A DNA stretch of 64,000 bases from Puccinia triticina. Taxonomy: Eukaryota. Positions 47,098-58,952 of this stretch are shown here, one piece after another. The notes under the pieces are model-generated. The model was not told where the DNA came from. It made no database searches and saw only the letters and a program-made list of their open reading frames with translations. A program made the position numbers and the translations under genes. Numbering within the stretch: position 1 is the stretch's first letter; the number at the start of each line of letters is the position of its first letter. Location: contig CP110439.1 in assembly GCA_026914245.1 (NCBI GenBank), forward strand, positions 1-64,000, read 5' to 3'.

Positions 47098-48490
47098 ATG
47101 AAGAAAGACCCAGGCGTACTTGACCCCGCCGTATTGCAGATATTAATCCAACAAAGGCAACTAGTGGCAAGGTTCAGAACCACTGTAAATGAAGTCATTC
47201 CGATGCTACTCAATGACAATGAAGATGAGGACGACATTTTCCCTTTGCATGGTGGATCAAAACCAGGTAAACTGCCCAACCGTCCCCGCGACTTTGAAGG
47301 AGCCTACCAGAGGCTCGTTGGTCATTAATTTTTCCCGGGACCTTTCTACAACAAAGTAGTATTCTGGCAACGTTTTTGAATGGGAAAGTCTTTCTTCTTG
47401 AAGATCACCAACGCTGTTGAAAACTTCAATCCCTACTTTAAGCTCAGGACCAACGTGTTGGGAAAACCTGGAGTGAGGCCCCTTGTCAAGATAACAGCAG
47501 CTTTGTGAATGCTTGCATATGGAGGTGCTGCCAACTACGATTACAAATACCTACAGCTAGCCAAGTCAACCTCTCAGGAGTGTATGGATTGATTTTGCAA
47601 CGATATTGTTGCTATCTACTCTGCGGAATATCTTCAACACCCAACAACTGCTGACTTGGAATGACTGCTCTCTGATGGTGCCAAACAAGGATTCCCAGGT
47701 ATGCTTGGATCACTCGATTGTATGCACTTGGAGTGGAAGAACTGCCCATCTGGGTGGGCTGGAGCATTTCAAGGAAAGGAGAAGGTAATGACTTCATGCT
47801 TCTCTATAATTCTCTAAGAAGCAGCATGTTCTACTAACCTCCTGCTATCATTTTCAGCGACCAACAGTGATTCTTGAGGCAGTTGCATCACAAGATATGT
47901 GGATCTGGCATGCCTACTTTGGCTTGCCAGGCTCACACAATGACATAAATGTACTCGACACTTCACCTTTATTCACAAATCTTTTAAACAGTCAGGCGCC
48001 GCGATGTGAATACACAATCAACGGACACGCCTACCAGCAAGGGTACTATCTAGCCGATGGAATCTATCCAGACTGGGCGACGTTTGTGAAGACCTTCTTG
48101 CAGCCCCGGGGAGCCAATCAGAAATACTTCGCAAAGCTGCAAGAAGCCCGACGCAAGGATGTCAAGTGTGCTTTTGGGGTGCTTCAAAGTTGATTTGCAG
48201 TCGTTTCACGACCAGCCTGAGGCTGGAAGCATTACAACCTCACAAACATCATGAAGGCATGCATCATCCTCCACAACATGATTGTGGAGGATGAACAAGA
48301 TACATATTTGAGCTATGCCTTCGACAAGAACCCCGCTGGTGCCATCATCACCGAGGTGGAAATCTCAAGAGATGGCTCATCTATTTCATTTTCTGATTTT
48401 ATTGACAACTATCATTCAATGAAAGACTCTAGCACTCATTTTCTGCTCCACAGTGATCTTGTAAAACATCAATGGGAGATCAAAGGTTGA
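47098..48490 (+). pseudogene. Harbinger DDE transposase pseudogene
   Basis: GFPGMLGSLDCMHLEWKNCP, ILEAVASQDMWIWHAYFG.PGS.NDINVL, YYLADGIYP, RKDVKCAFGVLQ, ACIILHNMIVEDE; several stops. Confidence 0.93.
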
Positions 48491-49080
48491 CTTGACAAAG
48501 AAGAACCTTGACTCTTATTCAAAATTTATAGCTTTTACTTTCTCTTATTTTTGCTTTTACTTTCTCTTATTTTTGCTTTTACTTCTCTTATTTCTCTTTC
48601 CTAAAACTTTGCAATCAAAACAACCACAGATTGTGTGATTTAAATTTGAGTGAGCAATTGAGAACAACCTGAGATCGCGTGATTTAAATTTGAGTGAGTG
48701 ATTGAGACAAATGAAGAGAAGGAAAACATTTGATCATTCTGGTCAACCACAGGACATAGAATCGATATCTCTTGATAAGATGACAAACAAATCTTTCAAT
48801 GTTTTATTTGATAAACAAATCTTTCAATGTTTTATTTCAATCACATCAAACTAAAAATTTAGACAGAGAAATGAAACAGGGAGAAACAAGATCTAAGTTT
48901 GTCTTGAGCTTGTTTTGTTCCGGAGCAATTGGAGAATCTCTTTTCTCTTGAGCTTGTAATATTCTTCTTGCTTGCTGTCGAGGCCGTCAAGATCTTTATT
49001 CATGATGGCAAGCTTGGCAGCAGTCTCTCCGTTTTGTGTGATGCGTTCAAGAGAAAGTGAATCGTTGCTGATGATGTCAT

Positions 49081-50757
49081 CAAGGGTGAAACCGCTGCGC
49101 TGCGCTGACATCAGCGGCACTTTTAGCGCAGCGCAGCGGTCCACCGCTGATTCTCCAGCCCAATCAGCGTTAGCGCAGCGGTCTGGCCGCTGCGCTGACG
49201 CTGATTTCAGCGTTATACCGCTGACAATTTCCGGTGATCAGCGTTAGCGCAGCGGATAAATGAGCGCTAAAGCTGACAAAAAGCGCAGCGCAGCGGAAAT
49301 TGCGCTGAATTGCCGCTGACCGCTATTTCAGCTGTCAGCGCGCTGTTTCCGCTGTGCAAGCGCTGACGGCTGCCGCAGCGGAAGCGCCGCTGTCAGTGAG
49401 GTGCAGCGCATTTTTCCACAGTGTGATCAATGATTGCTGAGATTATTCAAGAAACCTTTGAAGAACGTGAAATTTATCTGAAATCACTCAAAGTTGAACC
49501 TGATCCACCTTTGAAACATACCAGCTCGGAGTGCCCACCCGATCCAGAGTCCAAAAGTGATGGGGACAAGTTTAATTTTTATCCGGAAAATTCCCAAGCA
49601 GTCCAACTCAACACCATTAAGATTGAGTGCTACACCAATGGTGATTTTCCCCTAGACAAGAAGGGTTGTGTCTTAGCTTGGTGGAAGGTCAGTCTCAAAC
49701 TTCCTTTTCTTTTTCCTCCTTAGTTCCTAATTGACTAATATTTATATTGACACTGTTTGATCAATTCCTTTTGTCAACTTATTGACGCTGCTCAGAAAAA
49801 TCCCAAGTTCAGAAAATATCAAGAATCTTCCACCCCAACAACCTCAAAACCCCATAAATAGTAGTCTACTTTTGATTTTTTCTTGATTATTTTTCCTCAA
49901 TCTTCTCCCCCCCAAAAAAAAACTCCAAAACCCAACAGTGGGTCAGCTACGCTAACATAGCTGTTAGCGTAGCGTAGCGCAGCGCAAATGCGCTATTTTT
50001 TAGTGTAGCGTTAGCGCAATTGCGCGCATCTGCGCTAACGCTACGCGCAAAGGATGCAAAGCTATTTTAGCTTTTAGCGTAGCGTTAGCGCAGATGCGCG
50101 CAATTGCGCTAATGCTAAGCACGCAAGGCGCAAAAGAGCGCGTGCTATGCTGCGCTAAAGCGTTTTTTGCGGCAAAAAAAGTGCCTTTACTCCTCTAAAA
50201 GCGCCTTAGCGCAACGTAGCTTAGCGTAGCGGCTGTAGCGCAGCGCTAACGCTAAACAAAAATTGGTATGCTGTTAGCGCCGCTGAAAATTAGCAAAGCG
50301 TAGCAGCGCTAACGCTATTCAAAAAAGGTTGGCGCTTTTTTGCCGCTACGCTAAACTTTAGGGCTAAAATAGCGTAGTTTAGCGTAGTGGCCCACTGTTG
50401 CTTGAAAACCCCATTAAAAGTCACTTTTTTCATTGGTTTTTTTTTAGAATTTTGTACCTAGATCAGTGGTTTTTAATCGCCGATATCAGTGGTTGACCAA
50501 CTTGGATCAGCGGTTTTAGACCGCTGCGCAGCTGCTGATATCAGCGGTTTTCCGCTGAAAACAGCGTCAGCGCAGCGGTCCTGCCGCTGATTGCCCGCTG
50601 ATTTACCGCGCTAAATATATATATATTTTTTCCGGTGAGACCAATCAGCGCTTAGCGCAGCGCCCCACCTGCTGATTGTCAGCTCAGCGCAGTGGGCCCA
50701 AAAAACGCTGCACTGACCGCTTTTTGCGCTGTCCTCAGCGCAGCTGTTTCACCCTTG
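49081..50757. mobile_element. Non-autonomous TIR element with 7-bp TSD and hAT-like remnant
   Basis: TIR CAAGGGTGAAAC.GCTGCGCTG / CAGCGCAGC.GTTTCACCCTTG; TSD ATGTCAT (49074-49080, 50758-50764); internal ORF IECYTNGDFPLDKKGCVLAWWK. Confidence 0.9.
49933..50400. mobile_element. Nested MITE (CAACAGTGGG / CCCACTGTTG)
   Basis: 10-bp TIR and dense TAGCGTAGCG/CGCTAACGCT motifs; TSD not seen. Confidence 0.7.
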
Positions 50758-52064
50758 ATGTCATTGAATTGCTTGGATTCAGAAGCAATTTTAGTTTGAG
50801 CGCCTGCGACATCGGCTTTCCATTCTTGGTCTTTCGCGGCGATTTGGTTGAGTAACTTTGCTTTTTTTTTCCAACTGGTCGCTCAAGTATCAAGGCATTG
50901 GTACCAGTACCATCAAACTCGGAGACTGCATTGGATGGTGCGGGAGTAGATTCAGGTGCATTTGACAGAGGATGTTCACTAGTTGAACTTGCAGCTCTCT
51001 TTCTCTTAGAAATCTTGGCCTTCTTTTTTTTATTGCAACAGTAATTATTCCACTTCAGGCTTTTGACAAGTAGATTGTAGCAGCGTAAGTGTTTGAAGTG
51101 TGTGAGCTGGTCCTTGGTGTAAAGTCGGAGAGCTTGGTTTAGCTGGTCCTCAACAGACGCACCAATCTGGTTGAACTGTTCAACCTGGTGAACACAGCCA
51201 CGGAATTTGTTGATCGATGGCTAAATGTTGTTACTCCATTGCTTTTTCAAGCTGGTGACTGGTTGGATCGGATTTGGTATTGCTTTGTGATACACAATCA
51301 AAACTTGTTCCCAGAAAGTGTTTCCGTCTTGATTGGTTCCAACAGAGGGATCTTTGGATATCTGAACCCAGGCGCAACATAGCTCGTAGTCCTTGGGGCT
51401 TGTAGTCCTTGGGTTTGGTATAGCTAGGATCTTTCTTCTTTTCCTCTCCCTGCACGGCTTGGCTCTTGTTGGGGGTGAGATTTGGATTGATATCCTCTGA
51501 GTGTAGGTAGCAAAAAGTCCCAGTACTTGTTTAGTTTTTTTTGACAAACAATTTTGAACAAGCAGAAAAGAAAAAAAACCTTACCGTTGTTGTTGTTGGA
51601 AGCAATATTGTTATCAGTTTGGACTTCCTCATCATCTTCATTGCCGGGGGTGATGTTGCTGGGTTGTTTTTTTCTTCTTGGCATTGCAGGCGAGTGGACA
51701 GGTGAGCTGGATTGGTGATATACGTGGAGGTGTGGGGTGGGGATATTGGGGGTTGTGTATTGAAGGCAGTGCAGTATCACAAGAAGTTTTTCTGTGTGAT
51801 ATGTGGTACAGGGGGACTATCTGAGGAGCTATACAGTCTCAAAGCTGGGACTGGTATAGGGCCCGGGAGGGTTTTTCTCAGTTTGGAAACCCGTTTAGGG
51901 CCTCCGGTGGAAGGACTAAACCGGGTTTGGGTAGCTAAATTTGGTTTAGTCCCCCAATTTAGGGCCAGCGGTGGAGATGCTCTAAGCACTACAGTCAAGT
52001 TGATTATCTAATCCTCCATGATTGGTTTGCACACGTGGGGCCTCCCAAAGACTGTGGCAAGCCC

Positions 52065-52813
52065 CAAACTTAACTAAGTCCAAAGGTGGGGGCGCGAAGC
52101 GCCTCCACCAGAGGGACTTATGTGGTATCAGTGATTTAGGACTGAGAGCAAAGGCCAAAAACGCTGATTTTGACAAATGTTCCCAGAGCTCCTTCACCTC
52201 CGAGGATCCCAACAATGTTTTTGGATCAGATGAAATATCAACATCTTGTCTAATTTTTGATGCATCAATATCATCATGAGTCCTCCTGCCTCACTCACAA
52301 TGATCCATCAAAGATGGTGGATGGCAAAAGCCAACCCGGAGACTGTTAAAACAGCATTTTTAGTGCAAATCCATACACTTGCCTCAAGGAAAAAAAATGA
52401 CAGGTATCTGGGACTCACTGCTCTGACAGATCTGAGAATGTCACAAAGCTGCAGGATGCGTGTGGGAACATGCATTTTTGGCCATTCACTCCAAATCCCG
52501 AGGGAGCCAGTTTGAAAAACAGTGATTAATCATCTGTTCTAGCTAGGACAAGTTTTCTTGTGTTTACATCCCCTGTATCTCAAGTTTGGCAAGGAGAAAA
52601 ATACACCAGAAGGTGGCTGGAGATAGCCACGCTTCTGATGAGTCTTAGTGAAAATGTACGGGGTGATCACAAAAACACACCACCGTACAGGGACCTTAGC
52701 ACAAAAAGGCAAGGATATGGGGCATAACTCTCAGGCCAAAATCACCTGTAAGGCATAAGTCCCTCCCAGAGGGAGGCCAAAGGCCTCCCTCGGGAGGGAC
52801 TTAGTTAAGTTAG
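52065..52813. mobile_element. Mutator-type non-autonomous element, same TIR family as 45642-45780
   Basis: TIR C.AACTTAACTAAGTCC; 9-bp TSD GGCAAGCCC. Confidence 0.88.
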
Positions 52814-52855
52814 GGCAAGCCCTCACATTCATTGCCAAACTTGGTTGAGTAGTTG

Positions 52856-53272
52856 GCATATTCCCTCCTTGAAGGATCGTTCCCGCGCGCGCGGGGGACA
52901 TCCTTCAAGTGTTACACCCACAGCGGCATGCCAAACTTGCCAAACATGGCAGTTTGGCTGCCATTCCTCGCGCGACTTGAAGTTCGGATTTCGACGAAGT
53001 CGGAATCCGACAACATCCCACCTCTCAACCACCCCAACCAGCCCTTAGGTTAGGTCCTGGGTTAGGTTAGGTCCTGGGTTAGGTCCTGGGGGGGATATGA
53101 AAAAATGTTGACAAGAGGAACGAAGTCGATCGACTTTTGCGAAGTCGATCGACTGTAAATGGCAGCCAAACTGCCATGTTTGGCAAATTTGGCATGCCGC
53201 TGTTGGGTGTAACACACCCTTGAAGGATGTCCCCCGCGCGCGCGGGAACGATCCTTCAAGGAGGGAATATGC
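52856..53272. repeat. Inverted-repeat element with arms of about 110 bp (probable MITE)
   Basis: GCATATTCCCTCCTTGAAGG... / ...CCTTCAAGGAGGGAATATGC; internal TTAGGTCCTGGG repeats; no TSD found. Confidence 0.7.
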
Positions 53273-54437
53273 GGACCGGTCGGGTGAGTAATATGTAGCC
53301 TTACTTGGGACCCTCGCGCCCCTCGAAACGTCCCCCGGGTTCTGTGAACGACGGACTTGAGCTGTCGTTCTCGGAACAGTGAGATTTCTTCCAATCGCTC
53401 CTGTGGAGTAGGGAGTCGAATCTCCCATTCCTATGTAAATATTGTAGGGGTCTTTCGTTTGTATCCTTTCGTTCTCTTGTTCTCACAGTTCCTTTGCTTG
53501 CTTAGCCTTTTACTGAACTCCAATGTCCAAGAGTTTTGAGGTCAAGGATTCACCTGCAGGGACCTTGAAGCAAGCGATGCAAAAGATCATCTATGCAAGT
53601 ATGCATCACTGTCCACCTGATGGACCAGGAACACAGCTTGCTCGGTTCCACTCACCCACCGATCAACAAAGGCTTGTTATTCATGTGAACGTAAACCGCT
53701 CACAAAGAAAAAGCTTGCGCGGTGAATGTATTCATGCAATGTTCCTTGTATATTTCACCGGCGGGAAAATATCTGCATCACATCGTCATAATTTGTTCCA
53801 AATGGTTTTAATCAAGGGCACCGGTTTTCAATCGACTGCGTTTTTTGTGTTTGGCTCGCCAACGGTTCAAGCCGATTTTTCAAGCAGAATTTATTTATTT
53901 TTGGTTGCCTATTCTAGCGTGTTCTGATCTGTCAGTGTCTTCGCTCAGCTGGCATTCTGGCGACTGTCAAACAAAGGAATTCCAATTTCACCCACCAGCA
54001 AACCAGGATTGTGTTTACATAAATGCGTCCAATTTGATTTGATTAGACCTTTACAATTTAAATTGAGTTCCCATTCACCAGAGTGACTGAGTGCCCCTGA
54101 ATGGTTGTTACACAATCTTACACGCCATGTTCACTCAGGCTCGCGTTCACTGTCCTGCTCGGTCAGTTGAGCAAGCTCGCTTGGTCGTTGCTCTTGGGAG
54201 TCCAAAAACATCCCTACATAATCCCTCGAAACCTTAGAAAGTTCGGCGGCCTGCCCGTTAAATATCGATCCGGCAATCATCCTGATTTCTTGTCCCTGCA
54301 AATAAACATTTATCCAACAAAAATAGCTTTATATATCATATCTGCTCGCCCTAGTTCCTTTCCCTCCACCTCTGCCTCGCAGACACCGGCCAATCAGCAT
54401 CCCTCTCATCAGCCGCTCGCCGAGCCAACCCAACCAG

Positions 54438-57003
54438 ATGAGGCGCAGTTATTGTCACAGTGCAAAGGGTTCTAGATCCAACCTCCAGGCTGCTATCAAG
54501 TCCCCTCCATCGCGGTCTTCTTCCCAGACCCCCACCCGAATCCCCCTCCAAGCGGCGCTCAAGGCCATCCAGTCCCACCAGCCTCACCGTCCGATCGAAC
54601 TCGCCTTCCAGATCGGAGAAATCTTTCAAGTCAAAGGAGAATCGGTTGAGTCAGACGGCTCGGTCTGGCTGGATGTGATGAGCCCAGTCAGCGGCTTGAG
54701 AGGCATCGTTCCCCTCCACAAGTTCCGAATAATCAGTCTCCCAAACCAATCCGCCCATGACCACCAACCCAGCCAACCCCAGCTCCACCAACAGCTCCAT
54801 CCCCCCACTCACCCTTCATCTGACGACAAGTTCCTTCACTCCCGCTCACTCCAGCGGATCCGCAAACGTCTTTCCAGCCACTCCACTAGCAACAACCAAC
54901 CCTTGAAATCGCCCCCGGCAGCTGCCGGGGAGAAAGCTCCTGGGAGTGGCACCCAACCGGAAGCCTTCCCATTCCCGCCGGTTGATCTCTACCAGCCTCC
55001 TTCCGAGCCGCCTGAATCTCCTGTCGGCGCAACTCGACCCAGGAATCGCCGATCCATAACCGTGGGGTCTACCAAGCCCCCAAATCCTTCGGGATCCAGT
55101 TCAAATCCACGAAAGCGTTTCCTCTCTCAGTCTGCTCAAGCAAATAATGTGCCCCCATCCGCGCAGAAGTCGCCCGTTGAGCCAAACTCTCCAGCGCAGT
55201 CGAAGCCGGCTCAGCTCCTATATGGTGTTGTCAGTATTCCTTGCGCTTCTTCTCAAGTCAACCTCTTTCAATCACCACGTAAACGGCTGCTTATTGCGCC
55301 TTCCTTTTCATCGCAGGTCAAGCACGCTTTCCAATCGGAATCGGAATATGAACTAAATGCCCAGGCTGGAGAGCCAATCATTATTAACGCATATAGTGAC
55401 CTTGGATGGTTTGTTTGTAAACCAATCAGTAGGCTAGGCGGTCGTAAGTCCCACATGTCATCCTATTACGATTGATTGTCCTATCTGCTTAGCTGATCCG
55501 ATTTTTCGAACAGATGGTTTACTCCCAGTCAGTCACGTACAAATATGCGATATGAGTACAGGAATGGAGCTCTCACCTGCCAACCTCGATCAATTCGCCC
55601 GTTCCTCTGGCTTGCCGCGTGTGAATGAGTGGGAAGAGGCCACTGCCGCCTACCTCTGCCGCAGGATCCCACTCGGTTCATTCGAGACCCCCGTCGTGCC
55701 GTCACCACCATCATCAGACGCCCTGCCTACTGTGACTCTATCGGAGCCGCCTAAGCCACTCTATGCCGAATGCCCACCAACCGTGCCATCCGCGAAGAAA
55801 GTCATGGCTTCCTCTGAGCTTGTTCGCGAATGGCAACGTCGACAAATGGAAGACACTCTGTTGATTCAGCCGCCTAGTCCACCCAGACAGTCCATGTACG
55901 CCTCTGCCGCTCGATGTTGCGCCGGGCAGGGCACCTTTATCATGGGGACCGCCGAGTCCTTGACTGAATGTGAGGGACAATTCTGGTTTACCCTCAAGGT
56001 GATGCTTGTCTTCCCGAACGAAACGGCACACTCGACGAAAACTCTGACAATACACAGATCCTATGAAGACCTTGTCAAGTTTGACCGGTCTTTACAATCA
56101 CATCTGAGGATCACATCGAAAAATGATGCCGAAGAGCTTCAGATGCCCTGGTTAATGGAGCATGTCTCAGGGAACATGGTTGACCAACAATTTTGTTCTT
56201 ATCAGGTGGATGAACTGACTGGCTACCTATACCAGTTGTCTCGAGCATCCGTCGAGATCCGGAAGCTCAGAGAGGTTTACGACTTTCTAGGCCCGCGGCA
56301 GGGTGACTTGGAGCTGGAGGAAGAGATGGGTGCGACAATGGGTCAGGTAAACGAGGATGCGATCATTCAGTATCTAGATGAAATGGCGCTCTCGTCGGCC
56401 AAGAATGACCTTAATGATAATCTGGCCAAATCGAGCCCGACCGCTTCGCAATCAACCTTCGCCGATCGAACCACTGTTTCATCAGTATACGATAGCTTCA
56501 ATTTCCATCGTCATCACTCAGACCCGTCTTTAGATTACATACCATCCAGTCCATCATCACACCCTTCAACAAAATTGAAGGCCTGTACCTCTACTTCGCT
56601 CACCAAGACTCCGGTGAAAAGCTACTACAACTCGGACGGCCAATTCACCAAGATGAAAATTTGTGATCTTCATTCGAACGATGTCATCGCCATCAAGGTT
56701 CCGAGCACCGTTGGTTTGGATGAGCTGACTGAGAAGATTCATAACCGGTTCAACGAGACGTCTTCATCAACAGGATGCAGCGCCGGCGACGATTTCTTCG
56801 GCGATCGCTCCGTGCATTTGAAGTACCTCAACGGCAATTTGCTCGATCAGAGTTGCATAGACTTCGACGATTGCGAGTCTTTGCTTGATGGGGGCGACGC
56901 TGTCCCGCCTCACTTGGGTCCAGGAACATTTGTACGAATCACAAATGATGCTCAATTACGCAAATGGATCGACACCAAAAACAAGTTGGTGCTGTACATC
57001 TAA
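54438..57003 (+). CDS. Bem1/Scd2-like polarity scaffold (SH3-SH3-PX-PB1), divergent
   Basis: SH3 ELAFQIGEIF..WL..GLRGIVP; second SH3 ELNAQAGEPIII..WFVCKPISRLGG; PX IHRSYEDL..FD; PB1 with RITNDAQL..KLVLYI at the C-terminus; two introns. Confidence 0.85.
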
Positions 57004-58952
57004 AGGCAACCCCAACCCTCTCCAATCTAAACAAAGAAAAAATCAAATTTGGATCGTCCGAAAACGAAGAGCAGTCCCATCGCGTCACCAAGAATAGTCC
57101 CCAATTCTGTCTTTTTTCTTACACTTTCGACCTCTATTCCTCATTTTTACCTTTTTCAGCTGTCACTCTCTGATGTGTTTCGCACGTACCTTTTCTATCC
57201 ATTCATTTAACACCAAGATGTATGAGCTTCATAAGAAAAATGCCCTGAAAATTTCAATTTCATTTTAGTAGCTGTTAGGTTGTACAACTAATCACTCTCC
57301 TTAATTCATTCTCAGTCCGAGTCATTCAATTCTTAATCCTGTTGTGTATTTTTTTTTTCAATCCTCTTTATCGCCTGTTTGATTTGCCACAAGTAGGAAT
57401 ATATCGCTCATTTCAATATTGCCTTCCGCATGCATTTTACACTCGCTTAAGTCTCTGTCAGGCCAAGGGATGTCAAATATATCCATCACCGGGCCCGAGC
57501 TTGTTTAAGCCTCATTAAGGCTCTCCGAAAGAGAGGCGTGATCGCGCACCGCGAGCACGTGTTCGACTGGCGCCGCCCAGCGCCGGCCCCTCCCCTTTTT
57601 AAATCAAGTTAACAGTTTTCTAAGATGCCAGGATCGGCATGAATTGATCGGTCGTGATTGTGAGTAGAAAGTATGCGGACGCAGCGGAACCGTCGGGGCC
57701 TGCACGTGTGGTTGCTCTTGCCGAGCACTCAGCCTAACTCGTCATCGGTTTCAGTGTCGCAGTTCTGCTTGCCTTATTCGACTCACTCGTGCGATTCGTT
57801 TACCACCTTTGCAAATGAACGCTTGGGGTCGAGCGTGTGTACAACCTCCCCGTCGCACACGAAGTGAATGAGGGGTCGCTCCGCCATCAACTAGGGCTGC
57901 TCACTGCTCAGCCCCCCCCCCCCCCCCCGTGGACTTCCGCAAGTTCGCTCCTGACCTCGATTAAGAACACCGCTTGGATGATCAGCAAATTAGCCTTCTC
58001 GACATTTGTCGTGATGTCCACCCGGCCCCGGGACTATAGCAGAAACGGGAGGGTTCCTTCCGGACAAGCCGGTACAAAACTGGTTGAGGCGTTCAACCCA
58101 CCCCGTGTTGTAAATTATAATGAGGTTTCCGACTCAGATTATCTTTTTTCTGATTTAATCTGCGTATATCCTCAAGGTTCATCTTACGTCAAAGTGGTGG
58201 CGAGCACTTCGTTTCAATTTACGCTGTTTCGCCCGCTGGGGGAGTCGGGACTTGCGTGATGAGAGCAGACATGTACGAAACGATGTGTAACCTCCGAGCA
58301 TCTTTGCAGCCTTGTTTCCTCGACTTTGAGATTCGGTCTAACGCTTCACGTTTTCTCACCCATTGCCTTCGGCGAGGCGGTACAACTTGAATGCAGAAAT
58401 CCGGATTATCGCTGGGACAGCACCCCACATCGTCCGCTTTATGTAAATACATAAACCTGAGCCAGTGAGTCTCCCCAAGCTTGGCACGAGAGACAAATAA
58501 GCTCCACATCATCTTGTATCGGTCCAGATTCCACACCACGCGCCGACTTCTTCACGGGTCCGTTGAACGACGAAACGCGCTCCACACACCGGACAGAACA
58601 GAGAAAAGTGCCTTCTGACTTGTTGTCTCAGCATTCTTCCCACACACACGCACACGCACACACACGCGCGCGCGCTCCGTGGATATCAATCTATACCAAT
58701 ACATATACATAATCTTTGTCAAAACTTTACTCGCGCTGCAACACCCTAACCCCGACCGTGAAGTTGGTTCGATTGTTGTCTTTGTGGATTGAACAGCGAA
58801 CACAATATTTTTCACTCGTAAAATTTTAGTTATATATATCTGGGCCATTGGATCATCAAAGGACGACCACCACACAGATCCCCGGATCGTTGCATTCCTT
58901 CGTGGTTTTCTTTCTCCGCGGACTTTTTCAGCCTTCTGAGGATATCTTGGGT

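Larger units (their letters stand above)
48893..51684 (-). pseudogene. Harbinger second ORF (Myb/NAM-associated-like), interrupted
   Basis: LCCAWVQISKDPSVGTNQDGNTFW and C-terminal IMNKDLDGLDSKQEEYYKLKRKEIL; split by 49081-50757. Confidence 0.8.
46880..51982 (+). mobile_element. PIF/Harbinger DNA transposon (decayed)
   Basis: TIR GAGCATCTCCACCGC / GCGGTGGAGATGCTC; TSD TAA; two convergent ORFs. Confidence 0.95.

Noticed and set aside
57837..58700. ORFs and (CA)/(CG) alternating tract upstream of the GH5 gene
   Set aside because: ORFs lack coding features; the tract is an ordinary microsatellite.
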